Made by a program: the position numbers and the translations under genes. From an uncultured Planctomycetales bacterium (GTDB taxonomy: Bacteria > Omnitrophota > Gorgyraeia > Zapsychrales > JANLHA01), in assembly GCA_964489065.1 (NCBI GenBank), contig CAZAXH010000001.1, positions 155,460 through 219,459 of the forward strand: 64,000 bases of DNA. Direction: 5' to 3'. Below are positions 20,272 through 29,835 of the stretch, piece after piece (within the stretch, counting starts at the first letter, position 1; the number at the start of each line of letters is the position of its first letter). The notes under the pieces were generated by a model. The model searched no databases and was not told the origin of the DNA. It was given only the letters and a program-made list of their open reading frames with translations.

Positions 20272-21057
20272 TCACTTTCCTCTTGAAGGACTTCCGCACG
20301 TCAGCACCCTGTTAAACTCTACGTGTTTCAATTTCTCAATGAACCGGGATACGACGATACCCACCTCAAAAAGCAAAACCATGGGCACGGCAAAGACCAG
20401 CATGTTAAACATATCCTGCGTCGGAGTGATCACCGCGGAAAACACCATGATGAACAAAAAAGCGTATTTCCGCTTGCTGCTCAGCGTCCGGGCACTTAAA
20501 AACCCCATATCCGTGAACAACCCGATCAAGACCGGAGTTTCAAACACGACCCCTCCGATCACCATAAACGCCACAAAAAAAGAAATATATTTGGCCAGCG
20601 TGATTTGCGGGGTGGCGATATCCTGCCCGAACGCGAAAAGGAACCGCAACGCCGCCGGCAACGCGATTTTGTAAGCGAACCCGATTCCGCCCAGAAAAAA
20701 CAGCATCACCAGTGTCAGCCAGAATACGGCCCGCTTTCTAAAACCCTGAGAGGCAGCAGGAGCAAAAAACGCCCACGTTTCATAAAGGATAACGGGAAAA
20801 GACAGCACAAACGCGAACAAAAGGACGACTTTAAGATACGAAACAAAAACCTCGGTCGGCGTAATAAAAATCAAATCATCCACCAGGCGCGCGACCGGCT
20901 GCTTCACCCATTGGATCAGAATTCCCCCCTTGGCAAACAACGCCGCGGTGCACACGGCTAAACACCCCAGGCACACAAGGATACGGCGGCGCAACTCTTC
21001 CAGATGGCCTATAATATCAAGATGTTGTGATTCGGGAGGATAAAGGTCATTCATCAA
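20272..21057 (-). CDS. tatC: twin-arginine translocase subunit TatC
   Basis: HLEELRRR signature and 6 TM segments. Overlaps tatA by 4 nt. Confidence 0.9.
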   Translation of the reverse strand: MMNDLYPPESQHLDIIGHLEELRRRILVCLGCLAVCTAALFAKGGILIQWVKQPVARLVDDLIFITPTEVFVSYLKVVLLFAFVLSFPVILYETWAFFAPAASQGFRKRAVFWLTLVMLFFLGGIGFAYKIALPAALRFLFAFGQDIATPQITLAKYISFFVAFMVIGGVVFETPVLIGLFTDMGFLSARTLSSKRKYAFLFIMVFSAVITPTQDMFNMLVFAVPMVLLFEVGIVVSRFIEKLKHVEFNRVLTCGSPSRGK

Positions 21058-21239
21058 GCGGAATCTTGGGGAGAGTCTTTTTTCTGGGAATTATCTTCCC
21101 CGATGTCATGCATCCCTTTTTTAAATTCGCTCAGAGCTTTACCCAAAGCGCGGCCGATTTCCGGCAAACGGGCCGCCCCGAACAGCAAAAGCGCCACGAT
21201 CAGGATTAAAAGTACTTCCTGGAAACCCAGTCCAAACAT
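21054..21239 (-). CDS. tatA: twin-arginine translocase subunit TatA/E
   Basis: MFGLGFQEVLLILIVALLLFGAARLPEIGRALG is the canonical TatA TM plus amphipathic helix. GGGAGGG RBS. Upstream TATAAT. Confidence 0.9.
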   Translation of the reverse strand: MFGLGFQEVLLILIVALLLFGAARLPEIGRALGKALSEFKKGMHDIGEDNSQKKDSPQDSA

Positions 21240-21411
21240 ATGCAGTCCCTCCCATTTAGCCCCTCATCAGAATTCTCTTGAGGCATGTTAATTATACTGC
21301 CAGCGGGGGGAAACCCCAAATGAAATGTGTGTAAAAGCACTTCTGATATCTTCGCAGATGGGCAGAGGACAGCCCTGCAGCCCCCCTTCCCCGGCGAATA
21401 CACAGATGTCT

Positions 21412-22011
21412 TTATGGCTGATCGGCGGGTACGGATGCTTTCTCTTTTTCAGAAAGGTAAAATGACAAAAGGGATGTCCCTCCGGACGGCCCTTCCGGCA
21501 GCGAGAAGTCAAAAACAACCGCCTCTTGCGGCCAGACGATAAAACAATTCTTCTCCGTTACTATTTTCTTACCGGAAGAGGAGGTGATATTCTTATTCCC
21601 ACTCACCAAGAAAATCTCTCCTTTTATGGCCAGGAATTCCAAGTCCTGATCCGTATCCGCAAGCAACCGTTCCAGAATGGCAACCTTGGAGGGGAACGCT
21701 TTGGGCGACTGGACCGTGAATGTTTCCCGGCCGGAAAGGACCTCCCCTTCCTGAAAAAGCTCGGCCCGTACCGGCTTTATGACGTCCGGGTCATATTCCT
21801 TGCCAAAATCCTCCCCGACCCGCGCCTTAAGCAGCTCCCAGTCTTTCCCGGGGCTGTATTCCTCATCGCCCCCGCCTTTCTGCGTACGGATGTCGGAGTA
21901 TTCTTTTATAACGTCTCCGGTATTAAAATCAAATTTAAACGTGTACTGCTGGTAGCTTAAGCATCCGGCAGAGCCCAAACAAAGGGCCAAAATAAAAAGC
22001 ATCCTTTTCAT
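21412..22011 (-). CDS. hypothetical lipoprotein
   Basis: MKRMLFILALCLGSAGC lipobox. GAGGAGAGG RBS before ATG 22011. Confidence 0.55.
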   Translation of the reverse strand: MKRMLFILALCLGSAGCLSYQQYTFKFDFNTGDVIKEYSDIRTQKGGGDEEYSPGKDWELLKARVGEDFGKEYDPDVIKPVRAELFQEGEVLSGRETFTVQSPKAFPSKVAILERLLADTDQDLEFLAIKGEIFLVSGNKNITSSSGKKIVTEKNCFIVWPQEAVVFDFSLPEGPSGGTSLLSFYLSEKEKASVPADQP

Positions 22012-22028
22012 CGTTCCTCTCCTCATGA

Positions 22029-22919
22029 TTATAACGGCCTAATATCCGACGACCAGGAAACGATCGTCCCCGGGGGCAGACGGGTTCCCTCATGAACCGC
22101 CACGCCCTGGTCCGGGATGTTTTTAAAGGATGGGCCCACGGGCCCGAAGACCACAGCTCCCCCCGGCCCGGTCATCGCCCCCCTGGGCCCCACCACATTC
22201 CTCTCTGACATTTTTTCCCCGAACACCAGAGCCTGATAAACCTGAACATGGATATGATCATATTCCCTGCGCCACGTGTCCGCCGGCGCCCCGTGCTTTT
22301 CGCAAAGGCTGGAAAGGAACGCTTCCTTGCCGGGGAACATGTCCCAGACCTGCGGCAGGTAGGTCGAACTCCCGTAGCGCGTGGAAAGGATCACCCCATC
22401 AATTCCCGGACGGAGCTTGTCCATCAAATCCCGGGGCGAATCAAATTCTAGGGGCCGCGGCTCGGTCAGGACGCTGATTTCTATAATGATGTCTTTCATT
22501 TCTTCATAGGACACCGGATTGAACTGAAAACGGCTGTCCTGCGACGCCGCCACCGCGCGGCTGATCACATTCTTGTATAAAGGCCGTGTCCGTTCAAAAA
22601 TGCCGATGCACCCGCGCAACCCGGTCCGCGTGTTGGACAAAGTGACGAAGCACCCCGCGTTCCGGCGGACATCAACGCTCAGGCCGCGCTCGGAGGGGTT
22701 CGGAAGGGCGTGATCCCGCAGGTGCCAAACCAGCGTTTGCCGCGCCAGGGCAAGCAGATAAACCTTGCTCTCCGGGGAAAGCGGTTCTTCTTTTGCCGTT
22801 TTCAGCATAACAATCCTTAATCCCATCAGCATGAGCAACAGCAGCAGGATAATGGTTCGCGTCATCTCACTATCGAAAAAAGATGACAATTTTTTCAACA
22901 CAGAATGCGCGGATATCAT
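22029..22919 (-). CDS. AMMECR1 domain protein with N-terminal TM segment and C-terminal extension
   Basis: AGCFVTL...RGCIG AMMECR1 motif. ATG at 22919 overlaps the upstream TGA (ATGA). Confidence 0.7.
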   Translation of the reverse strand: MISAHSVLKKLSSFFDSEMTRTIILLLLLMLMGLRIVMLKTAKEEPLSPESKVYLLALARQTLVWHLRDHALPNPSERGLSVDVRRNAGCFVTLSNTRTGLRGCIGIFERTRPLYKNVISRAVAASQDSRFQFNPVSYEEMKDIIIEISVLTEPRPLEFDSPRDLMDKLRPGIDGVILSTRYGSSTYLPQVWDMFPGKEAFLSSLCEKHGAPADTWRREYDHIHVQVYQALVFGEKMSERNVVGPRGAMTGPGGAVVFGPVGPSFKNIPDQGVAVHEGTRLPPGTIVSWSSDIRPL

Positions 22920-23476
22920 GTTTGCCAACTTATGATAAATTCACTGTATTCCTTGCCGGCACCGATAGACGTCTGGACTTGAAAGTGGACGGCCTTTTTG
23001 CCGATCAGCTCCAATATCTTTATCCACCAGCCTTTCAAAAGCAGCTCAAAAACCCGGTGCCGCGCTTCAAAGCCTTTATAAATCAGGAGAAATTTATTTT
23101 CGTCTATTTTACTTACTTCGGTCGAAACACCTTGAAAATACTGTTTATTAATGTTACTCAGCCGCGACATGATCTGCTCCGGCCCCCCGAACTGGAGGAA
23201 TATCTTGTATATCATTTTGAATTGCTGTTCCACGCCCGTGAACACCCGTTGTTCCAGAAATTCAAGTTCATTCCCCCGGCAAAAATCCCTTAACTCCGCG
23301 CTTAAGAGGTTCACATAAGCATCTAAAGAATACCACCCGGTGCTAATGGTGGTTGACAAAATTTCCTTATCCTCCTTGCTTAATGAATCCAAAACTTTTT
23401 GCAACCCGGATTCCCCGTGAGTCTGGCGCGCCAGGTTCATGGACGTTAAAATAGCCGAGCCTTTTATATTCACCAT
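22916..23476 (-). CDS. hypothetical protein
   Basis: GGGAGG RBS before the MVNIKGS start. No recognisable domain. Confidence 0.45.
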   Translation of the reverse strand: MVNIKGSAILTSMNLARQTHGESGLQKVLDSLSKEDKEILSTTISTGWYSLDAYVNLLSAELRDFCRGNELEFLEQRVFTGVEQQFKMIYKIFLQFGGPEQIMSRLSNINKQYFQGVSTEVSKIDENKFLLIYKGFEARHRVFELLLKGWWIKILELIGKKAVHFQVQTSIGAGKEYSEFIISWQT

Positions 23477-23588
23477 CCGAAACCTCCCGTTATGGCTACC
23501 CCCCCCGGACACCCATTTCTCTAGATTATATCCTTCTCTTTCCCCGCTGCCAGCGATAAAGATTTTTTTATGATAAAGCTTCCCAAGA

Positions 23589-25133
23589 TCAAAAAATTTT
23601 CTGGAATAAATCCACCCGGGCCCCTTTTCTTGAAAAGCCGTCCAAACGCCTGGCCACGTCGTTCATGGTTTTCATGATATACGCGTTATCATCGGGGCTG
23701 GCATGGGTGCGGAACATCCAGACTTTCGCCCCGGCAGGGAGTTCCCCCATCTTTTCCTCTATATTGTTCCGGCTAAACGTCAAAAAGGCATCCGGGAGCT
23801 CCTGCCCCTGCAAAAAATTCATTCTTTTTGAATAATACTGAAATGGCGGAACCGCATCCTCAAAGACAAACACCGGCTCATCCTGCTGCTTATTTTCTTT
23901 AATATACTGAACCACCGGGCGGCTTTCTTCAAAGAAATAAATCTGCGGGTCTTTCAGGCGAAGGCATTCCGAGCAGAACGCCGGAGCGACGAATATCAGG
24001 ATCAGTATCAAAACCGTTGTCCCCCGGGGGACAACCCTGAGAAGATAATCCACGCCCCCGCCGATAAAAATGACATAAACCGGCATCAGGAACAAGATCA
24101 ATCTTTCAAAAAAAGGATAAATATGCAGAACCGAGGCCAGCAGCGTCACCCCGACCGGCCCCATCAACAAAAAAAAGTCATCCCGTTTTCTGAGAAACAT
24201 CTCCCGGCACCCCGCCAGAAACAGGAGGCTGCTGATAAAAGGAACCCGGAGATGAAGGTAGTAACGGAACACGTCCTGGAAAATAGTGTAATGAAAAATC
24301 AAATTCTTCGCCGACACGGGGAATACCGGCAAAAAAAAATTCGACCAGTATTCCCCGAGAAAAGTCTGCCCCCGAAATGTCCTGATGATCAGGAAATAAT
24401 TCACGCCGAAAGCACCCAGCCCCCATAAGGCGGCGATAATCACCCGCCCGAGTTCTCCCCATTTCCCTTGAAAAGCCTTCATCGCCGCCAATGTCAGCCA
24501 TACGCCGGCCAGGGTAAAAATCGCCGGATAAGAAAACCAGGGCAAAACCATGCCAAGAACCCCCAGCAAAACCATGGCCCGGGCCGAGAAATCTTTATGA
24601 GCCGTTTTCTGAACCGCCAGAAGCAGAAGCAACGTCCAGGCGATATCCCCCGAATAAGGTTTCGCTTCCGCCGAGTATAAAATCAACGAGGATGACGATG
24701 CGAAAAGGCAAAGCGCAACAAACCTGGCCTTGGCGGAAAGGATGTTTTCGATAACAAAATAAAAAAGGATGACGGACAGGACGCCCAAACAGGCCGGGAC
24801 AAAGCGCAGCACATACTCGCTCCCTCCGAACAGGAGCATCATCATTTTTTCCGCGGCCAGGAATCCGGGAGGATAGGCCAGGGATTTTGAGGCGTCGGCT
24901 CCGTTGATCAATTCTAAGAAAGAATATCCCCCGATTTTATTGGCAACAACCGCTTCATCAAACCACAGCGAACGGTTGTAAAAATACTGAACGGCCCGAA
25001 AAATGACCCCCGCGGCAACCACAGCGATATGGGTGACGCGGCTTGACAACAAAACGTCAAGGTTCCTCAAGGTCAACCCCGCATATTTTACAGCCGTACT
25101 CCAAAAATCATTTTTCGAACCGTTTTCTTTCAT
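23589..25133 (-). CDS. ArnT/PMT-like membrane glycosyltransferase (GT39/GT83 family); start uncertain (25133-25319)
   Basis: RSLWFDEA motif near the first periplasmic loop. More than 10 TM helices. Confidence 0.7.
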   Translation of the reverse strand: MKENGSKNDFWSTAVKYAGLTLRNLDVLLSSRVTHIAVVAAGVIFRAVQYFYNRSLWFDEAVVANKIGGYSFLELINGADASKSLAYPPGFLAAEKMMMLLFGGSEYVLRFVPACLGVLSVILFYFVIENILSAKARFVALCLFASSSSLILYSAEAKPYSGDIAWTLLLLLAVQKTAHKDFSARAMVLLGVLGMVLPWFSYPAIFTLAGVWLTLAAMKAFQGKWGELGRVIIAALWGLGAFGVNYFLIIRTFRGQTFLGEYWSNFFLPVFPVSAKNLIFHYTIFQDVFRYYLHLRVPFISSLLFLAGCREMFLRKRDDFFLLMGPVGVTLLASVLHIYPFFERLILFLMPVYVIFIGGGVDYLLRVVPRGTTVLILILIFVAPAFCSECLRLKDPQIYFFEESRPVVQYIKENKQQDEPVFVFEDAVPPFQYYSKRMNFLQGQELPDAFLTFSRNNIEEKMGELPAGAKVWMFRTHASPDDNAYIMKTMNDVARRLDGFSRKGARVDLFQKIF

Positions 25134-25188
25134 CCGCCGGTTTAAATTCCCGAAATGCCCGGTTAATTTCTCAATAACAATTAAACAT

Positions 25189-26157
25189 TTATTGCGCTCG
25201 CTGTTTTTTAAAAAATGCCCAAATGACTTCATTCGCATCCATATCCCGGCTTGTCTTGCCGACGATCCTTTCATCCAAATACTGGTAGCCGCCGGGCCAA
25301 GTGTGGCCGCCGCCTTCAACCGCGTAAAGAATTACTGTAACATTATTTTCACCGTTGCGGTACACTTCTTTTCGTGTCCGGGTACCGTCCCGCGGGTCCC
25401 GGTCCGGCTCGTACCCCGAGGCCGGCGGCAGCGAACAGCGGTTGTGCCGCGCCCAGAACCGGACCGTCTCCGCCGTGGATAAAACCTCTCCCAACTTCTT
25501 CCTCCCCCAGGGGCCGGTCACCGACCCGCCGGCGAAAGGCACAAGCGGATCCTCAACATTATTAATGATAAGAACAGATACAGGGCGGGAGGGAGAACAT
25601 GACGGATACAGGTTCCTGGGGAAATTCCCGGACACCGGGGCGATAGCCGTTATCTTATCACTCAACTCGCAGGCCAGGCGGTGGGACATCATCGCGCCGT
25701 TCGACATCCCGGTCACATAAACCCGCCGGGGGTCAACGTTCAACTCCCGGACCAGACGGTCGATCAAGGCAGAGATAAACCCGACATCATCCACGTTGTC
25801 CTGGTGGGCGCGATAACTTACTTCTTCCCGGCTCCGGCCGTCATTCCAGTTTCTTTCAATCCCGTCCGGGTACACCACGATAAAACCCTCCCGGTCCGCC
25901 AGCCGGTCAAACCCGCCCTGTGTAAGCCTCCGCATGTGCTTCCCCTTTCCTCCTCCGCCGTGCAGCGCGATCAAAAGCGGCGCCAGGACATCTCTGTCAC
26001 GGGAAGAAGGGACATACAGAAGATACGTTCTTTTAACTCCGTTTAAAATGATTGAGCCGGGATAAGTTATATCGGCGGGAACCGCCGGCGAGAGTTTGCC
26101 GGACAGGGCAAAAAAAACACAGAGGACAAACAGCATCTTAAAATTCCGTTTGTTCAT
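25189..26157 (-). CDS. secreted PHB-depolymerase-family esterase (LpqC-like)
   Basis: Signal peptide. LIALHGGGG oxyanion region and GMSNGA (GxSxG). GAGGT RBS before ATG 26157. Confidence 0.7.
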   Translation of the reverse strand: MNKRNFKMLFVLCVFFALSGKLSPAVPADITYPGSIILNGVKRTYLLYVPSSRDRDVLAPLLIALHGGGGKGKHMRRLTQGGFDRLADREGFIVVYPDGIERNWNDGRSREEVSYRAHQDNVDDVGFISALIDRLVRELNVDPRRVYVTGMSNGAMMSHRLACELSDKITAIAPVSGNFPRNLYPSCSPSRPVSVLIINNVEDPLVPFAGGSVTGPWGRKKLGEVLSTAETVRFWARHNRCSLPPASGYEPDRDPRDGTRTRKEVYRNGENNVTVILYAVEGGGHTWPGGYQYLDERIVGKTSRDMDANEVIWAFFKKQRAQ

Positions 26158-26299
26158 CGGGCTGACCTCACAAAAAATACAATGCCTGAACCACATTAAA
26201 GGACCCGGCTTAACCAGGGTCCTTACAAACCTTAAAAAATTACGGCCGCCGGGACAGAAAGCGCATTCCCGCCGTCAACCTGTCCCAACCCCCATCCGC

Positions 26300-26725
26300 C
26301 TACCGCTTAATCTCCTCGGCTTCCAGCGAAAAGCACTGCCGGCCCGCCCCGTGCGCCCAGAAATTTCTGTAATAATAATTCTGCTGACCGGATGTTGATT
26401 CACGGTCGAAAACGGCGCAGACTTCATAACCATTGCCGCCGCGTGTCCTGTATTCGTAGGGCTGATTCGTGACAGGGTCCGCCCGTTTCGCGCTGGTTCC
26501 CGGTTCGGCCGTCAGTTCCTCCATCGAGGCTGGAAGCCGCTTATGGCGCGTCCAGTAAAGGTCAACCGCGCCGGCCATCGCGCCCAGGTCAGAAACCCTT
26601 TGGCTGTCTATCCGCCGCGCCCGCTCCTCGGACGGGGACCCGAGCAGGGACAGCCCGCCGGCCACCGCAGCCACCACCACAACGACGACCGCTGCGGCGA
26701 AAACACCCGACCCCGGCCCTCTCAT
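26300..26725 (-). CDS. hypothetical membrane-anchored protein with pilin-like periplasmic domain but no prepilin cleavage motif
   Basis: Hydrophobic N-terminus. The following ARRIDSQRVSDLGAMAGAVDLYWTRHKRLPASMEELT resembles the type IV pilin/pseudopilin alpha1-C region. Confidence 0.35.
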   Translation of the reverse strand: MRGPGSGVFAAAVVVVVVAAVAGGLSLLGSPSEERARRIDSQRVSDLGAMAGAVDLYWTRHKRLPASMEELTAEPGTSAKRADPVTNQPYEYRTRGGNGYEVCAVFDRESTSGQQNYYYRNFWAHGAGRQCFSLEAEEIKR

Positions 26726-27366
26726 GGTTTGATCTCCGTTTCTTCCGCGCGCATGTCCCGCAGATAATACCCAAAGACAGCGCCGGAAATACTGCCCACC
26801 GTCAGCACTTTCAGGAAAAAGCGCGTGGTCATCTCCCCGCCCAAAAAATTATAAATAAGGGCCGTCAAGTCCCCGATAATCACGCTGGCGGTAATAAACA
26901 GCGTTATGTACGTCAGCCATTTGCGGACTTTCGACGCGCGTTTAGCCGGATCGCGATTCACCGCGCGGTTCAGCAACCGGGAGAGATACAGGAAAACCGG
27001 GAACGCGATGATAAGGGACGACACCGCCCAGCGGACCGCCTCCCGCGTGTAATCGTAACCGGAGGACGCGGCCGAGTCCGGGAAAGCACGGTCGATGAAT
27101 TGGAAAATCAGGCTCCCGAGATTGAACGCGCTGATATACAGCGTTGTGAAAAGGACGAGGTACATGAACGCCTCGCGCGCGGAGAGGTAGGGCTTGGGCC
27201 TCGGCACCGGGATCGGGAATGAAATTTCCGCGTAAGCGGTCATCGCGCTTTTCACTTGAGCGGATTCCCACCCCGCCTTCAGCAAAGCGTCTTCGATCTG
27301 TTCCCGGGGAAGCCCGCGCGCCAGGGCATCCCGGACAAAGTTCAACAGCTCTTCATTGATGGCCAT
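26722..27366 (-). CDS. hypothetical membrane protein (about 4 TM) with small N-terminal helical domain
   Basis: ORF with hydrophobic helices. Overlaps the downstream gene by 4 nt. Confidence 0.45.
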   Translation of the reverse strand: MAINEELLNFVRDALARGLPREQIEDALLKAGWESAQVKSAMTAYAEISFPIPVPRPKPYLSAREAFMYLVLFTTLYISAFNLGSLIFQFIDRAFPDSAASSGYDYTREAVRWAVSSLIIAFPVFLYLSRLLNRAVNRDPAKRASKVRKWLTYITLFITASVIIGDLTALIYNFLGGEMTTRFFLKVLTVGSISGAVFGYYLRDMRAEETEIKP

Positions 27367-27917
27367 TGCTTTTCCTCCTTATTGTTAACACAAGGTTCCC
27401 GGCGGGGCGCCGTGCCAAGCGGCTTGTCAGGCTTTTATTTTCTTATTAAAAAAGTTTTTTATTTTCAGGTCCCGAACACGACAGATTGTTTTCACGCCGA
27501 TAAATAACAGCAGGATATTTAACGCGATAAACCCCGCGGATATTTCATTGACCACAACATGAAAATATAATCCATAGGAAAAAACCGAAAAAATAGAAAG
27601 CGCTGAAATACACCAGGCAAGAAAATACCCGGCTTTTTCTCTACTTTATAATGAAAAATATACAAAGGCCGATAAAAATTATAGATACTACCGGGACTTT
27701 CGCGCTGTCCCCCACAATCTCATCGCGCATTAGGCAAGACGGGGGTATTTTATCAATGTAGATAAAATGCCGGATTAATTTCAGGATATACTGGGCCACT
27801 AAAAGTATTGATACTTCTGTCATTGTTGCTCCAGTTCCTTAACCTTAACGCCAATAATGAGCGACCCGGAGGCGGCGCACAGCCGCCAGGATCATTGTAT
27901 CCCTCTTCAAGAATTCA

Positions 27918-28619
27918 TCAATAATTCACCAGCCCCCAATACACGCAATTCACAAACCCCGTGTAAACAGGATAAAAAATAAAATCTATCACGCGCCACG
28001 CCACCAAAAGGCCCAGGATCTGAAAGGGCGGATTGCTGATGAAATGCAAATACCTCACCGCCGCCTCTTCTCCCCGGAAAAACAACGGGATAACGCCGCT
28101 GCCGTCCAGCGGCGGGACAGGCAGGAGATTAAAAACGAACAACAAAATATTGAGAGAAAAAATAATACTTAATAAAAACGCCAGGGAATGTGCGAGCCCA
28201 CCGGAAGGGGCGGACACAACCGTTTCAAAAGTCATATAATCCGGCGAGGAGAACACGTTGAGCCAAAGCCCGGCGCGGATGATGATTCCCGCGATAACGG
28301 CAAGGCCGAAATTGGCCAAAGGGCCGGCAAGGCTCGCCCAGGCCGCGGACCTGGGATAACTGAAGGCCCAACGGGCGTTATAAGGCGCGCTGCCCCACCC
28401 CATCATCCAGCCGTTTAAAAAATATGTCAACAGCGGGACAACGACCGTGCCTACCGGTTCCCGGCGCATATGGGGGATGGGGTCCAGCGTCACCTGCCCT
28501 TCCTCGTAAGCGGTATAATCCCCCAGCTTCATAAACGCCCAGGCATGGCTCGCCTCGTGCGCGACCAGGGAAATCAGAAAAACGAAATACCACAATAACA
28601 TCACATAAAGGCCGTCCAT
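27918..28619 (-). CDS. M50 site-2-protease family peptidase (paralog of the 1122-2756 gene)
   Basis: HEASHAW (HExxH) and NLLPVPPLDGSGV (LDG) motifs. Confidence 0.75.
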   Translation of the reverse strand: MDGLYVMLLWYFVFLISLVAHEASHAWAFMKLGDYTAYEEGQVTLDPIPHMRREPVGTVVVPLLTYFLNGWMMGWGSAPYNARWAFSYPRSAAWASLAGPLANFGLAVIAGIIIRAGLWLNVFSSPDYMTFETVVSAPSGGLAHSLAFLLSIIFSLNILLFVFNLLPVPPLDGSGVIPLFFRGEEAAVRYLHFISNPPFQILGLLVAWRVIDFIFYPVYTGFVNCVYWGLVNY

Positions 28620-29299
28620 CAGATTCCTTTCTTCGCAATCTTCTTAAAAAATTTGTCTTTCAATAAATCCTGTTTTTCATCATCGGTGAGATCAAATAAT
28701 TTTACGGCCAATTTGCGGCTTCCGCAGTGCGGGCACCCCCGGGGAATGCTGCCGGCCACCGGCACGGAGCCGGCCGACAAGGCCGCGACTTCCAGTAGAA
28801 CGTCCGGGTCCATCTTCGCGGCGCAGCGGGGGCAGTGGGCTTCAAAAAATTTAGCCGCGTCGGTATTCTCAAGACCCCGCGGCCGGCAGACACACATCAT
28901 AAGCGGGAACGTGAGGTCGGACAATTCCTTGAATTTCAACAATAACGTTCCGGGAAACGGGGCTTGCCCGGGATTCCAGAAAAACCGTTTCTTCATCCGG
29001 CCCAGGTGAAAACCGAGAAAGCCATAAACAGGCCCCCACACGATACCGTTTGTGATCACAAAATGCAGATAGCCGGCCCGCCCGCCTGGCGAGAGGGCCT
29101 CGAAAGCGTTCTGATGAAAAAAATAAATCCGCGCGAACATATCGGAATACCTTAATAAATTCTCGCTGACAGGCGTGATGATCACACCCACGCAGGCCCC
29201 GGTCACAGCCCAGACGAATTCCGGATAAAACCGTTTCACCGCACAATACGCGCCAACCGGCAGAAGCAGAAACAGCAGGACAGGGATCAGGTTCATCAT
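28619..29299 (-). CDS. hypothetical membrane protein with C-terminal Cys4 zinc ribbon
   Basis: N-terminal TM helices. CPRC...CPHC. Confidence 0.45.
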   Translation of the reverse strand: MMNLIPVLLFLLLPVGAYCAVKRFYPEFVWAVTGACVGVIITPVSENLLRYSDMFARIYFFHQNAFEALSPGGRAGYLHFVITNGIVWGPVYGFLGFHLGRMKKRFFWNPGQAPFPGTLLLKFKELSDLTFPLMMCVCRPRGLENTDAAKFFEAHCPRCAAKMDPDVLLEVAALSAGSVPVAGSIPRGCPHCGSRKLAVKLFDLTDDEKQDLLKDKFFKKIAKKGI

Positions 29300-29358
29300 T
29301 TTAAAATCCTTTTACATTCCCTCTCGAGGGTTCAGCGGACCAGCGCCGCCGAAATGGT

Positions 29359-29784
29359 TTATTTCTCCCAAACCTCCGGAGCCATGCTCCCCGGGCTGTT
29401 GAATTCCACGCGATAAGGCTCAATGAGCATAAGCGCGTAATTCGGGTCTTCCGGCCCGCTGAACACGGCCGAAAGCATTTCAAACCAATAACGGTTCTTC
29501 TCCTGCTGATCCGTCGTTATGCTCGCCGTCCCCTGAATCTGAACATACGGCTTATCCATGTCCCGGGGGTCGTTTATCCCGAAGGTCAGGTGCACTTCCG
29601 GATTTTTCTCGATCTGTTTTACTTTCCTGGATTCCAGGCAGACCGCCGAACGGATATTAAAATTTTCGTCAGCGCTGATCATGACATAACGGGTCCAGGG
29701 CTTCCCATCCAGGGTAATCGTCGCGAGGCTGGACAACTGCGGTGTTTTCAAGAGTTCAATAACTTTTCGTTTAACGTCTGACAT
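29359..29784 (-). CDS. pyridoxamine 5'-phosphate oxidase-like (general stress protein 26) family FMN-binding protein
   Basis: LKTPQLSSLATITLDGKPWTRYV PNPOx-like split-barrel N-terminus. GGAGGG RBS. Confidence 0.7.
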   Translation of the reverse strand: MSDVKRKVIELLKTPQLSSLATITLDGKPWTRYVMISADENFNIRSAVCLESRKVKQIEKNPEVHLTFGINDPRDMDKPYVQIQGTASITTDQQEKNRYWFEMLSAVFSGPEDPNYALMLIEPYRVEFNSPGSMAPEVWEK

Positions 29785-29835
29785 TTTCCCTCCTTAATTA
29801 AACATTCTTCTTACACGATATAACAGCGCAAAAAA

